A DNA stretch of 64,000 bases, taken from positions 1,879,511 through 1,943,510 of the forward strand of contig JAAOMT010000436.1 of the NCBI GenBank assembly GCA_016748015.1, read 5' to 3'. Within the stretch, counting starts at the first letter, position 1, and every line of letters begins with the position of its first letter. The notes below the pieces were generated by a model. The model saw nothing but the letters and a program-made list of their open reading frames with translations, was not told where the DNA came from and searched no databases. Made by a program: the position numbers and the translations under genes. Positions 26,864-38,817 of the stretch are shown here, piece by piece. The DNA comes from Geosiphon pyriformis uo1. Lineage: Eukaryota > Fungi > Glomeromycota.

Positions 26864-28432
26864 CTACACTAAAACAATAAAAGGTGAGAATAATCTCAAC
26901 CCACAAATTTTTTCAATAACACCATTCAGATTCCTAGAATCAAAAATAAACTCACTAAGAAATAATCTAGTAGATTCAACACTACTTTTAACCTCAGCAC
27001 TCGACATCCACCACAAAGCTATAGCACACTCAACAGTGTCCTTACTTAAGAGAGAAGGTTTGGCAGCCTACATATTATTATAATCTATGCCATCAAAGTC
27101 AACTTTAGATCTAAAACAAGCAATGTTCTTAGACACACCAACCAAAAGATTGGCAAAATTGTTAAAAGCATATTTCATAGAAAGGAGATCTTTCTCTAAC
27201 TGAACATTCTTAACAGCATTATCATCAAGGAAATGAGATATCAAGGCAACCAAAAAGCCAATAGGCTTAACAATAGACTTTATCAAAGCAGCCAAATTCG
27301 AAATTTGCTTTTCCAAAGAGTCCAATCTGGACCCAACAGCAGGATCAACAACAGTCACAGGAGGGACAGAAGCCACCAAAGAAGGAAATTCAGACATAAC
27401 AGAAGAAGCAAATGCCTTAGCATAAGACAAAGAACCAACAAAATGTGGTTTGAACACCTTGGAAGTTTTAAATGAAGGAGGTGGAGCAACTTTACAGTCC
27501 ACAGCCAAATGACTCACTTCTTAACACCTAAAACAGTGCCGATAACCAAGAGTTTCCTACCAGATATGGCTCTTTCTCAGTATATCAATCCTCATAACAG
27601 CAAGATCCAGATTAGCTTGAGAGCCAAATGTAACCAGGACAAACTGAGAGTGATGACCAGAATCAGGAGACTGAAGGATGAAACACGTTTACTCACCAAC
27701 TCGAAAAATCATATCACTAATTTCAAAAGCTGTGCAGCCAGAAGGAAGATTAACCAACTTGGCCTTGAACCTATCACAAGACAAAATGGCCTCATTCTGA
27801 TTAATAACTGGAAAGATCCTAATACTATCTTTGCCTACCAGAATTGACCAATGATTGAGAGCAGCAGTAGCAGCATCCAATTTCTTAAAATAAACAACTA
27901 CATACTGCCAAACATTAGCAGGCTTCAGCACAACATAGGCAACTTTATCAAATACACCAAGAGCCATCTTAATATCAGCAGCTGACACACCCAAAGGTAC
28001 ATCACGCAGTACAATAGTGGCAGAAGAGAAACCAGATTCAGAAACCACCAAAGACTTGGCAATTTTAAGAGTGGCCAAATGAACAGAGCTTGTAAGCTCA
28101 ACCAAAAATGCAGTTTCTAAAGACTGTTGAGAAGCAAACTCCACACAAAAAAGCTTTACATTGTCTTTTGAAACAGATTTAGCACCTAAAAAACCATGTA
28201 CAGACTGAAAAACAGTCTTAACATGAGCCAATTTGATCTTAAAAGTAGCACCAAGCACCAGAATGGAGATTACCCACCCAGCAAACCTTTGACAACTAGT
28301 AATAGTTTTCCAAGCACCACCAGAAGGAGCACCAGAAACTAGAGAAGGAGATGATTCAGTTTCCATTTGATCAGCCCAGTTCCCAAAAACAGGTAATCCA
28401 ACAGAAAGAGATTGTTTTGCTTTTAAAACTGG
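26864..28432 (-). pseudogene. ORF1-only element ORF, C-terminal part (RRM-like region, CCHC knuckle, coiled coil)
   Basis: IVLRDVPLGVS...WQYVVVYF...WSILVGKDSIRI is homologous to LINE ORF1. CFRC*EVSHLAVDC is CX2CX4HX4C. Ends ...RLFSPFIVLV* at 26864. Confidence 0.85.
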
Positions 28433-29418
28433 TGTTACCAGACGAAATTAGAGATATTGTTTAGCATGAAATTACCCTTATAAATCTTATCATTAATTAG
28501 CATATATTATCATTTCAAATTATCACTTATTATATTAGCAAAATGTCCGAAATTATCATTTAATTAATAACCCAATTTGTATATAACACAAATGTAACCT
28601 AAGTGTGATAATCAATCATGCAATACTCCGAAATATATAACATTCAAAAGTTCGCCAAAATTTGTAGAAATTTGCTAAAATAATTGATAGTTTACTGAAA
28701 TATCTAATAGTTCGCAAAAATAACTTGTAGTTTGCCAAAATGTATCTTTAGTTCAGCAAAATTGTAGAAAAGAGCAAAGTTCAAGTTCATAGAATAGTGT
28801 TATGACAAGTTGTATAAAAAAAGAGCTTTTCTCTTCGAGAAAATATATCTTACTTTAGATTTATCACTTAGAATCATTTCTACACACACAAAAAAAAATA
28901 AATATCAAATAATTCGAAAAAAAAACCAAATTTTTTTAATTATTGCACTTGGAAAATCCTCAAAACCCAACTAACATTTTGAAATTGATTAGCTACCAAT
29001 TTCAGTAAACTGTTAGTGACTCCAGGCCTGAATAGAAAACATTTCCCTTGATAAAATCCTATTTCTTTTATATTTCTTTTATTTTTCTTTTCTTTTCTTA
29101 TTACAATCATTAGGGTAGCCTACAGACAAGATTCCTGTAGAAGAGTTGACTTTCACAGCAAAGTAACTACATATTTTAGTGAGCTTTCAGACAAGCAATT
29201 CCTGAGAAAGAGTTGACGTTTACTACAACGTAACTATACAAAGTAACTGGCACAGAATTGGCCATTCTACTTATAAGCCCAGCAGTTCAAATTATAGGAG
29301 ATAATTTGAAGATAAATTCAGTTATCGGAGGTTCAAACACTTCCCATAGTCATGAATTAACAGCATTACAACAAACATACAAGAGCTTAAGAAGAGACCA
29401 AAAAAACCACCAGTAACA
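28433..29418 (+). repeat. 5' LTR (986 bp)
   Basis: Direct repeat of 37269-38251 with TG...CA ends. Confidence 0.95.
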
Positions 29419-31400
29419 TTTGGTGCTCTTTCATGGAAACAACACAACAAAAACAACTTCAAAGTGGCGACCACACCAGGCACAACAACTCTAGAGTATT
29501 ACCAGTCAATTTACACCCACTGCAAGCAAAGATTCAACATTTCAGACGGAATTGAAGTTGTCAAGAAATCAGTATACTAATACATTGAAAACCACATTAA
29601 CAATTATCTTTTTGGAAATTACAATATCTCAGAAGTTAGAAGCAATCTTTACAATAATTTAGTACACTATTCACAGTTGGGAACTGAAGACCTTAACAGT
29701 GAAACACTTGCCACTTACTTTCAAAAACTTAATTTTAATATTATCAAGTACTGCGAAGAAACATATCCAGTGCAGTCTTAATACTCCATTGATTTTGAAT
29801 CAGAGACAGAAACAAGCAACAAAGGCAAACAAAAATTGAAGCAATACTCAAAAACCACCTCAAATACTCCAATACTACCAAAAACAACTGCCAAACACTT
29901 ACAAACACCTGAACAAGGAACTAGTTCAAAACTTCTACTTATTATCACATTTTTTCTAGCTTCATTTGCACAAGCACAAATCCCTAATTCACTCTTAAAT
30001 TGATTTGCAAGACTAAAAGATTTTACATCACTTAGAAGTCCCACCAGACAACAAGAACTCCTTCAAACTAGTTCTAATCTTCTTGACTTTTTAGCTGAAA
30101 ATTGAAGTGAACACTCTGAGACAGCAGCAAACGAAGAAAACGACTCTAAAATATCTGAGGAAGAATCAATAGACAGTGAAAATAAAGAAGACAAAATGAC
30201 AGCATACATCGCAAAAATCTCTGAATTTAATGGAGAAGACATTGAGACCAGTCCCCAAGAATGGCTCGACCAAGTTACTAAAGCTGAAGATGCAAATGGA
30301 TGGAATGCTGCCAGAATGTTAAGAACAATTCCCTACTTTCTCAAAGGAACAGCAGGTGAATAGTTCAAAAACTTGACCACCCTTTTTAATGACTGAACAG
30401 CTTTCAAAACTGCCTTCTTAGAACAATTCACTGATAACAACACCTCAATCACACTTCAAAATTGTTTTTGCAATATCAAACAAGAACCCTCTAAATCTGT
30501 TATGACTTATATTGGGAAATTCAACAAATTTTTTAGACAAATTCACCAACTTGAAACTAATGATTATTATTCCGATGCTCAAATTTTGGATCAATTTATT
30601 GCTGGTTTAAAAGATAAACTGATTAAAAAAGTTCGCCCACATGTCCCAGAAGATTTAAACTCTGCCATTCAGCATGCAAAGAGATATGAAATAGCCATGG
30701 AAGAAGCCAATTATACAAAACTCATGAACTTAGCTATTGGAGAGACCAACTCAGCAGCTGAAGAGAAAATTGACCAACTCACAAAAAAAGTCAAAAACTA
30801 TTTTACCAACCAACAACAACAGCAATCCCAAAGACAGAATCAAAACAACTTCACATTATTCTCTAATAACCAGCCTCAGAATTGCTATTACTGCGGAATT
30901 CCTGGCCACTGGAAAAGAGATTGCAGAAAGCTACAACACGACCAACAAAATAGGAGTAATCAATGTTACCTTCCACTGCAGCAATCTTATTTTCAACCAC
31001 CACCACCAGCATACTATCCACCAAGACCCCAATATTAAGTGCCTGCTCGAAGATTAATTCCACAAAATCAATTTACACCACAAAGCCGATACCAAGTAAA
31101 CAACAATAGAATCAATTCGAACAACCAATTGGTTCCCCAAAATTCAGTTCAACCAATACCCAACCATTATCATACTCAACCTAGTTATTTTATGATGCCA
31201 GAAGAACAGAATTTTTGTCATACTGCACTCTCAGAAAGTAGAGCTGCAGCACAACAACAAAACCTTTCCTATACTCCTACCACAATCCCACCAGCCAGAA
31301 TTACTGAAAATGCCAACCTTTCAGATATATTCCCTTTCAAATTTGAAGCAAATAAATCACCATTCTTGCTTAGCAATGCAGCAGCTAACAAGCAAAAAGC
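29419..31400 (+). pseudogene. gag with a long N-terminal extension
   Basis: Capsid-like core from 30196 (MTAYIAKISEFNGED..PQEWL, IKQEP, QFIAGLK) and knuckle CYYCGIPGHWKRDC. One frame with scattered stops. Confidence 0.85.
29421..29436 (+). promoter_or_regulatory. Primer-binding site
   Basis: TGGTGCTC... begins 2 nt after the LTR and is complementary to a tRNA ending ...GAGCACCA (possibly Ile-UAU; unverified). Confidence 0.75.
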
Positions 31401-31410
31401 CATAACTGCA

Positions 31411-31780
31411 ATGTACACAAAAGCTGAAGTAGAAGGAAAGCCAATTCAATTAATCTTAAATAGTGAATCTGCTGGGAGTATTATCACTTACCAGTTGATA
31501 CAACAGTTAAAGAGAAATGTTGACCGACCAGCTCAAACAGTAATTGTCACTGCTGATGACATGAAAAAGACTCCAGTAGGGGAAATTGACAATTTTCCAT
31601 TCACTCTCGATGGAATCACCATTCCAGTCAAAGTTTTTGTAATGGATGCTCCCCAGTATTAAGCCCTTGTTAGAAACAACTGGCTTCAAAAAGCCAATGC
31701 AAAATTAGACTGGGAAACCCAAGAGCTACAAATCTCTTACCAAGAACAACATGTCTGAGTACCAGTCATTTGTGGTACAT
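31411..31780 (+). pseudogene. Aspartic protease
   Basis: VEGKPIQLILNSESAGSII (LILDSGS after two G>A changes), then *ALVRNNWL (eroded xLxGxDWL). Confidence 0.85.
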
Positions 31781-31959
31781 TCAACAAATGCTCCGAAAAA
31801 GCCCCGGCTTTTGAATTCAAACCAGAAGAAGAAAAACCCATCATTGAAACATTTATGGCACTTGAATCAACCTCCAATTGGGCCAATGAAACTGAACAAC
31901 AGTACTTTTCAAATGATTCTCTTAAAACAAAAGAACCAGTGACAACCGAATGGAATGTT

Positions 31960-32640
31960 TTTTATTCAAAACCAGAACCACGAAAACAACGTTCCTATAT
32001 TCCACTCAAATGCAAGGACTGCCACAAGAAACTCTTCTCAATGGAAGCCTGTATTTCACCTGAAGAAAAATATGAAAATCATACTTGTTATTACTGCAAG
32101 ACTTGCCATAGAGAACAATGGGACCATCTAATAAAAAGAAGCAAAAAATGGGATAACACCCCTTGTTTGACTTGTGGAGATATGCTACCAGAAGAATGCA
32201 ATTGAATTAATATAGCAATGAGAAGAGAAGTCTGCAATCAAACCTGCCAATATGCTTTATTAATTGCAGAAAAAGTCAAAAGAGGAACACCTTTTAATGC
32301 AGCATACAACAGTGCTCTTAACAAACTTTATTACTACCCCTATGATGCTGAGATGATTTTTGATCTAGCAATGGCATTGATTAATGGAGCTACTAAAGAA
32401 GATGTCTATCAAATGAAGGAAGCAGAATACATTGAATACATCATGAAATTAGCTAGATTTGATTACGAAGATAAAGTAGAAGTTTACCACCAAATCACAA
32501 GTCATATCTACCCAACCCAAGAAGCTTAAATTCAATGATTGGAGCAAATGAACATTAGGCTATGTGAAGAATGCATTATGCTTTGTAATGAAAAGTGGTG
32601 TCCTAAATGCTATGCTCTTAGCATTCCTCTGCTCAATAAA
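31960..32640 (+). pseudogene. Cys-rich domain of unknown function within pol
   Basis: CKDC, CYYCKTC, CLTC, CNQTC, CEEC and CPKC, all in the gag-pol frame. Confidence 0.7.
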
Positions 32641-32736
32641 AATGATGAAAATGAAATTGAATTCGGAGAACCTGAAGCAACAGAAAAAATTGGAATAACA
32701 CCCATTTATCTCATTGAAAATCAGTCTGTCTTGTAA

Positions 32737-33162
32737 CTCAAATACTTCAACAACAATAAACAAGGAATAAAACCCGAGAAAGCACATGAAATTGATGCTG
32801 GATATGATCTAAAATATCCAGACAAAGATATTCTTGTTCTTAAACCCAAATTTCTCACAAAAATCAACCTCAAAATTGCTCTTGAAATTCCGTCAAGAGC
32901 AATAGTTCAAATCGCCTTCCGGCCTTCTCTGGCAAGCAAAGGAATCAATGTCAGAGGAGGAATAATTGATGCTGGATATACTGGTGACATAACAGTAATA
33001 CTCCAAAACGAAACTGACAAGCCATTTAAAATTGAACATGCTGAAAAAATTGTCCAAGCCATTTATTTACCCTTAATCAACATTTTGGGTTTACAATTAG
33101 TCAGTCAAAGAGAACAATTGGGAAAAAATAAAAGAGGAACCAATGGTTTTGGTTCAACTGGA
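32737..33162 (+). pseudogene. dUTPase domain of the Gypsy pol (absent from the ORF track)
   Basis: Own translation shows all five trimeric dUTPase motifs: AGYDL, QIAFRPSLA, GIIDAGYTGDI, EKIVQAI, RGTNGFGSTG. Confidence 0.95.
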
Positions 33163-33599
33163 TGATTCACAGTTCCAGTAAACATAGCTCTTAATGAACA
33201 AAGTGAATCTCACCAGATTCTATGACTTCCATAACCAATTACTATTTTACTCTTTAAAGAATATCTGGAAATCTACACCTGCCTAAAGCCAACAACCACA
33301 CAACAAATTTTTGAGTCCAATGAACAAATCTGCTTGGAACATAAAATCTTGATTCCAAACATTTATATTCCAGAAAGAACAAAAAAAGTCTGAGTTACTT
33401 TTTACAATCCCAACAATTATCCCATAGTTTTATTAAATAACTTAGAAATTGGAGTTATTCACAGTAATATCTTTCAACAAGAATTACCCTAAATAGTCCC
33501 CAATTTTCCTGAAATTATTGGACATTCACTACCAAAAATCAACCCAAAACCCAGCTCTGAAAACTACCATGTTGTCATAGAAAAACTATCTTGAATTAA

Positions 33600-35058
33600 C
33601 ATAAAACAACTTGAACCACAACAACAAAACCAGCTCAAAGAGCTAATTGCAGAATTTGCTGATATCTTTGCCAAAAACAACAATAACTTAGGAAGAACTA
33701 ATTTGGTTCAACACCAAATCTATACAGGAGATACCAAATCAAGGCGACAACAAGCCTACCAAGTTGCTCCAGAAAGCCACCAATTTATCAGAGAAGAAGT
33801 ACAACAAATGCTTAACAATGGGCTTATTCAACCATCAATGAGTCTATGGGCTTCACCTGTGGTCCTAGTTAAAAAAAAAAATGGAAAGATATGATTTTGT
33901 GTTGATTATTGACAACTCAACAGTGTTACCATTGGTAATGCCTACCCTCTTCTCCAAATTGATGACATGTTGAATGCCCTTGGAAAGTCCAAATACTTTT
34001 CAATATTAGATCTAGAAAGCAGATACTGGCAAGTTGCCATGGACCCCAAAGATTGTCCCAAGACAGCCTTCACAACTCAAGGAGGAAACTACAAATTCAA
34101 TGTAATGCCTTTCGGATTATGCAACATGCCAGCAACATTTCAGAGATTAATAAATATTGTCTATAAAGGACTCCTTTGGAAGTCAGTAGTCGTTTATCTT
34201 GACAATACTGATGTTTATTTTTCATCATTCGAATTATACTTAAAACACCTACAAGAAGTTTTTTAATGATTACAAAAAGCAGAATTAAAATTAAACATTG
34301 AAAAATGTCATTTTGGAAAAACAAGTTTGGCTTTTCTTGGCCACATAGTTAGTAAAGAAAGAGTCAAACCAGACCCAGAAAAAATCAGTGCTGTCAAGAA
34401 CTTCAAGACTTCACGAAATACCACAGAATTGAGAGGATTTATTGGATTAGCTTCCTATTACCAAAAATTTATCAAAGGATTCTCAGAAATCGCAAAACCC
34501 CTCAACCAGCTCACTACTAAAAATGTTGAATACAAATGGACAGAAGAACACCAAAAAGCTTTTGAAATTCTCAAGGAAAAGCTGATAACAGCTCCAATTC
34601 TCGTCTACTCAGACTTCAGTAACCAATTCTGACTAGCTACAGATGCTTCTTACACTGCCTTTGGAGCCATCTTATCACAATTAGATGACAACAGAAATGA
34701 GCGAGTAATCGCTTATACTAGCAGAACATTAAAACCAGCTGAGAAAAACTACCCTACCACAGAACTAGAAACAGCAGCTGTAATTTGGGCCCTATACTAC
34801 TTCAACCTTTATCTCAGGCCTAAAGAATTTGATATTATCACTGATAATATTGAACTTAAATAGCTTCAGAACAAAAACACTCAGCTGAACACCAAACAAA
34901 CCCGATGGACAGGATTTTTAGCCAACTACTGATACATTGTACATCACAAACCAGGAAAGCTTCACACCAATGTTGATTGTCTCTCAAGAATGAGGCAAGA
35001 TTAGAACACAAAACCAACATCCATTTGAATTAGCAGTAACAAAAACAACAAACAATGA
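33600..35058 (+). pseudogene. Reverse transcriptase and RNase H
   Basis: WASPVVLVKKK, FCVDY, YWQV, KTAF, MPFGLCN, YLDN (eroded YLDD), FLGH. RNase H: TDAS, TELE, ITDN, VDCLSR. Confidence 0.95.
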
Positions 35059-36365
35059 ACCCTAAAAACTACAACAATTTCAAACAATATTTGAAAACAC
35101 TAACAATCTCAACAGATTGGTCTTCAGATGAAAAACACCAATTACAACAAAAAGCCAAACAATATTTTCTACACAACAACACCATTTATTATCAAAACTT
35201 CAGAAATCCAGACAAACCACTCAGATTAATACAGGAAAATGAGAAGGAAACTATCTTATACAACATGCATTCAAACTCTTTATCAGCACATCTAGAAAAA
35301 GATAGCACCACCCAAAGAACATTAGAACACTACTTTTGGCCCCAAATGAGAAAAGACATTCACAAATACATTAAAACTTGTGAGATTTGTCAAAAAAGAG
35401 GAGGAACTCACCCTATAGAATCTTTAAATCCAATCAAAGTTGGACAACCTTTTGACCGAGTTGGTATCGATTTAGTTGGACCACTACCTATTACAAACCA
35501 AGAAAACTGTTATATCACAATAGCTGTAAATTATCTCACCAAATGGCCTGAAGCCAGAGCCATTCAACGAGCAGATGCGAAATCAGTAGCAAATTTCATT
35601 TATGAAGACATTATCTGTAGACATGGTTGTTCAATTGAACTTTTGTCCAACCAAGGAACACATTTTGTGAACAACCTAATACAAGAAATTTGTGAACGAT
35701 TTAATGTCAAAAGACCTTTGTCTTCACCCTATCATCTACAAACAAATAGACTTGTAGAACATTTCAATAGGACACTGTGTGAATCATTAGCCAAAGTCTC
35801 AACCAATTTTGAACAGGAATGGGATATTTTTATTCCATCAGTGTTACTAGCATATAAAACACTAAAACAAGATACCACAAAACACATACTATTTGACTTA
35901 AGCTATGGAAAGACAACAACGTTACCAATTAATTTCACCATGGAACCATATCCAGTACAACCAATAAACAAAAAAAACTTTCAGGAAACACTCCAATGAA
36001 GAGCCTACACTCTTCTTAGCACATTAGAAGGAAAACGACAAATAGCAGCCACCCATATCAAACACTCCCAAGCTCAACAAAAAAAACGGCATGACAACAA
36101 ATTGCCACCAGTCACCAATGAATTTAAAGTCGGAAACAAAGTTCTCTTACACAGAACTAAAGCTGAAAAACAATGGAGTGGAAAATTCAAAAATAAATGG
36201 GATGGATCATTCTTCATTCACAAAATCTTAGAAAATGGATCATACAAGTTAAGACTTGATGACAAAATCCTAGTAAAAGTCGCACATGAGAATCGACTGA
36301 AACATTATCATTCCAGAAACAATCTTGAACCATTAATTCCCAAATTGGTACAAATTCCCCTTTAA
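35055..36365 (+). pseudogene. Integrase in its own reading frame
   Basis: HHCC (MH...AH...CEIC), IDLVGP, SNQG (eroded SDQG), LVEHFN, GPY/F-like KWDGSF. One internal TGA at 35997. No chromodomain visible. Confidence 0.93.
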
Positions 36366-36622
36366 TTAAGCCCGAAAATATTCCCCAAAATTTAGAACCA
36401 AGAGTTGTTATTGAACAACCTCCCAACTTGAACACTTAATTTAAATTTACTATAGTTATTTCCATATAAATTAAAAACCATTTTACAAAACAAAACACAC
36501 TGAAAAGACAAAAATAAACATAAAAACTCACATACCAAAAATATTTTTCAATCTATTTTTCTCTCACTTAAATTTTTATAATAACTATCCCTCAAAATAT
36601 TCAACAAATATTTCAAAAATTA

Positions 36623-37300
36623 ATGCTAGCTCTAAAAACAATACCCGAATTATCTATTACTATTACAGGAAAACATATTAATTATACCCAAACAGAAATA
36701 GTTGCCAATTTAGTCCCAAATTCACGAAATTATTACCCCTACAAAAAGAACACAAGAAGTTATTCTGGAATTTATTTACCAGAACTTTTGAAGCTTGCTT
36801 TAAGAGAAAACTTAATGCTCACTTCTATTAGTATTCCACCAAATGCTACTATTCAACAAAAACTTCAACTGTGTCTTAATGAAAAAAACTACAACTATAC
36901 TCCAATATATAGATATTTCTACATTGGAAAAACACTTCATGAATGAAAACAGGAGCTTACAGCAGCAAACCTCACAAAAGAAGCTATTCGGAAACAACTC
37001 CACAACAAATTCAAGACAACAGCTGGACCTACAAACAGTCATTATAAACTAAGAGCTGCTCTAAGACTTTATGACCTATTTCACACTTGTGAAAACGTCC
37101 TACAAAACCCAATTTTACAACCTTTGAAGATTCAATACATTGGAAAGCTCACAAAACTGAAATTTCAACAATTTTCAGACCAAATTTCTTCAATAATTTT
37201 GGATTATTATCTGGAAATTACAGACAGTACTTGGACTTCGACGGAGCTCAGTTTTGAGAAAGAGGTTATGTTACCAGATAAAATTAGAGATATTGTTTAG
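36623..37300 (+). pseudogene. Gypsy ORF3 of unknown function (about 225 codons) running through the PPT into the 3' LTR
   Basis: Open apart from one TGA at 36944-36946; terminal TAG at 37298-37300. Confidence 0.7.
37256..37265 (+). promoter_or_regulatory. Polypurine tract
   Basis: GAGAAAGAGG, 3 nt before the 3' LTR. Confidence 0.8.
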
Positions 37301-38251
37301 CATGAAATTACCTTTATAAATCTTATCATTAATTAGCATATATTATCATTTCAAATTATCACTTATTATATTAGCAAAATGTCTGAAATTATCATTTAAT
37401 TAATAACCCAATTTGTACATAACACAAATGTAACCTAAGTGTGATGATCAATTATGCAATACCCCGAAATATGTAATATTCAAAAGTTTGCTGAAATTTA
37501 TAGAAATTTGCTGAAATAATTGATAGTTTACCAAAATATCTAATAGTTCGCAGAAATAACTTGTAGTTTACCGAAATGTATCTTTAGTTCAGCAAAATTG
37601 TAGAAAAGAGCAAAGTTCAAGTTTATAGAATAGTGTTATGACAAGTTGTATAAAAGAAGAGCTTCTCTCTTCGAGAAAATGTATCTTACATTAGATTTAT
37701 CACTTAGAATCATTTCTATATACACAAAAAGAAATAAATATCAAATAATTCGAAAAAAAAACCAAATTTTTTTAATTATTGCACTTGAAAAATCCTCAAA
37801 ATCCAACTAACATTTTGAAATTAATTAGCTACCAATTTCAGTAAACTGTTAGTAACTCCAGGCCTGGATAGAAAACATTTCTCTTGATAAAATCCTATTT
37901 CTTTTACATTTCTTTTATTTTTTTATTTTTTTTTTATTATAATCATTAGAGTAGCCTACAGATGAGATTCCTGTAGAAGAGTTGACTTTCACAACAAAGT
38001 AACTACACATTTTAGTGAGCTTCCAGATGAGCAATTCTTGGGAAAGAGTTGACATTTACTACAATGTAACTATACAAAGTAACTGGCATAGAATTGGCCA
38101 TTCCACTTATAAGTCCAGCAATTCAAATTATAAGAAATAATTTGAAGATAAATTCAGTTATTGGAGGTTCAAACACTTTCCATAGTCGTGAATTAACAGC
38201 ATTACAACAAACATACAAGAGCTAAAAAGAGACCAAAAACCTCCGGTAACA
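37269..38251 (+). repeat. 3' LTR (983 bp)
   Basis: Direct repeat of the 5' LTR. Confidence 0.95.
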
Positions 38252-38817
38252 CTGGCAATAATCTGTTGGAAGACACCACATTTGGCAACACAGCTAGTGG
38301 TTGATCTTGGCCCATCTTGGACAACATGCCGAATGATGCTATGGAGATTTCATCTAAGATCTCATTGGGAACCACAAAGGGGTTTGGTGTAACAATAGCA
38401 GAAACAAGCAACTGCTCCCACTTTTCTGAACTTTTGGTCTTTTTGACCATTTTTTTTAAAGAGGTGGTGCTAGCAGCATCAAGTATTAAATCTATGGAAG
38501 GGAAAACCAGCTTATTTACTGGTCTATTATTAAAAACTTTTGGGCTCTTGGTTGGAGTGGAGGCAATACTGAGACTAACCCAAGTGTGTCTTTTTGAAGG
38601 AATTTTGACTGGTAAGAAACCAGCCAAAGATAAAAAAAATTGCTTCAGTGGCTACCAAAGGCAGCTTATCACGATTATTGAATAAAAGGAAGACTTCTAA
38701 AACGTTTTGCCTAGTTGCTTTTACAACAGAGAGAGCTTCTATGGTTGAAATTTTATTAGATATCTCAGAACAGATATCAGGTGCAGCTTTTTTACTCTTT
38801 GTTTTGATCATGGTCAT
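38252..38817 (-). pseudogene. ORF1-only element ORF, N-terminal part
   Basis: MTMIKTKSKKAAPDI...VVSSNRLLPV continues across the CTGG TSD into LKAKQSLSVGLPVFGNWADQMETES. Confidence 0.8.

Larger units (their letters stand above)
28433..38251 (+). mobile_element. Complete Ty3/Gypsy LTR retrotransposon, inactivated
   Basis: Paired LTRs TGTTACC...GTAACA, 4-bp TSD CTGG (28429-28432 and 38252-38255), PBS, PPT, order gag-PR-dUTPase-RT-RH-INT. Confidence 0.97.

Noticed and set aside
28648-28770. CRISPR-like repeat-spacer array
   Set aside because: Units are only about 20 bp, occur in both LTRs, and the context is eukaryotic with no cas genes.
36623-37300. env gene
   Set aside because: Short, with no visible signal peptide or transmembrane segment.
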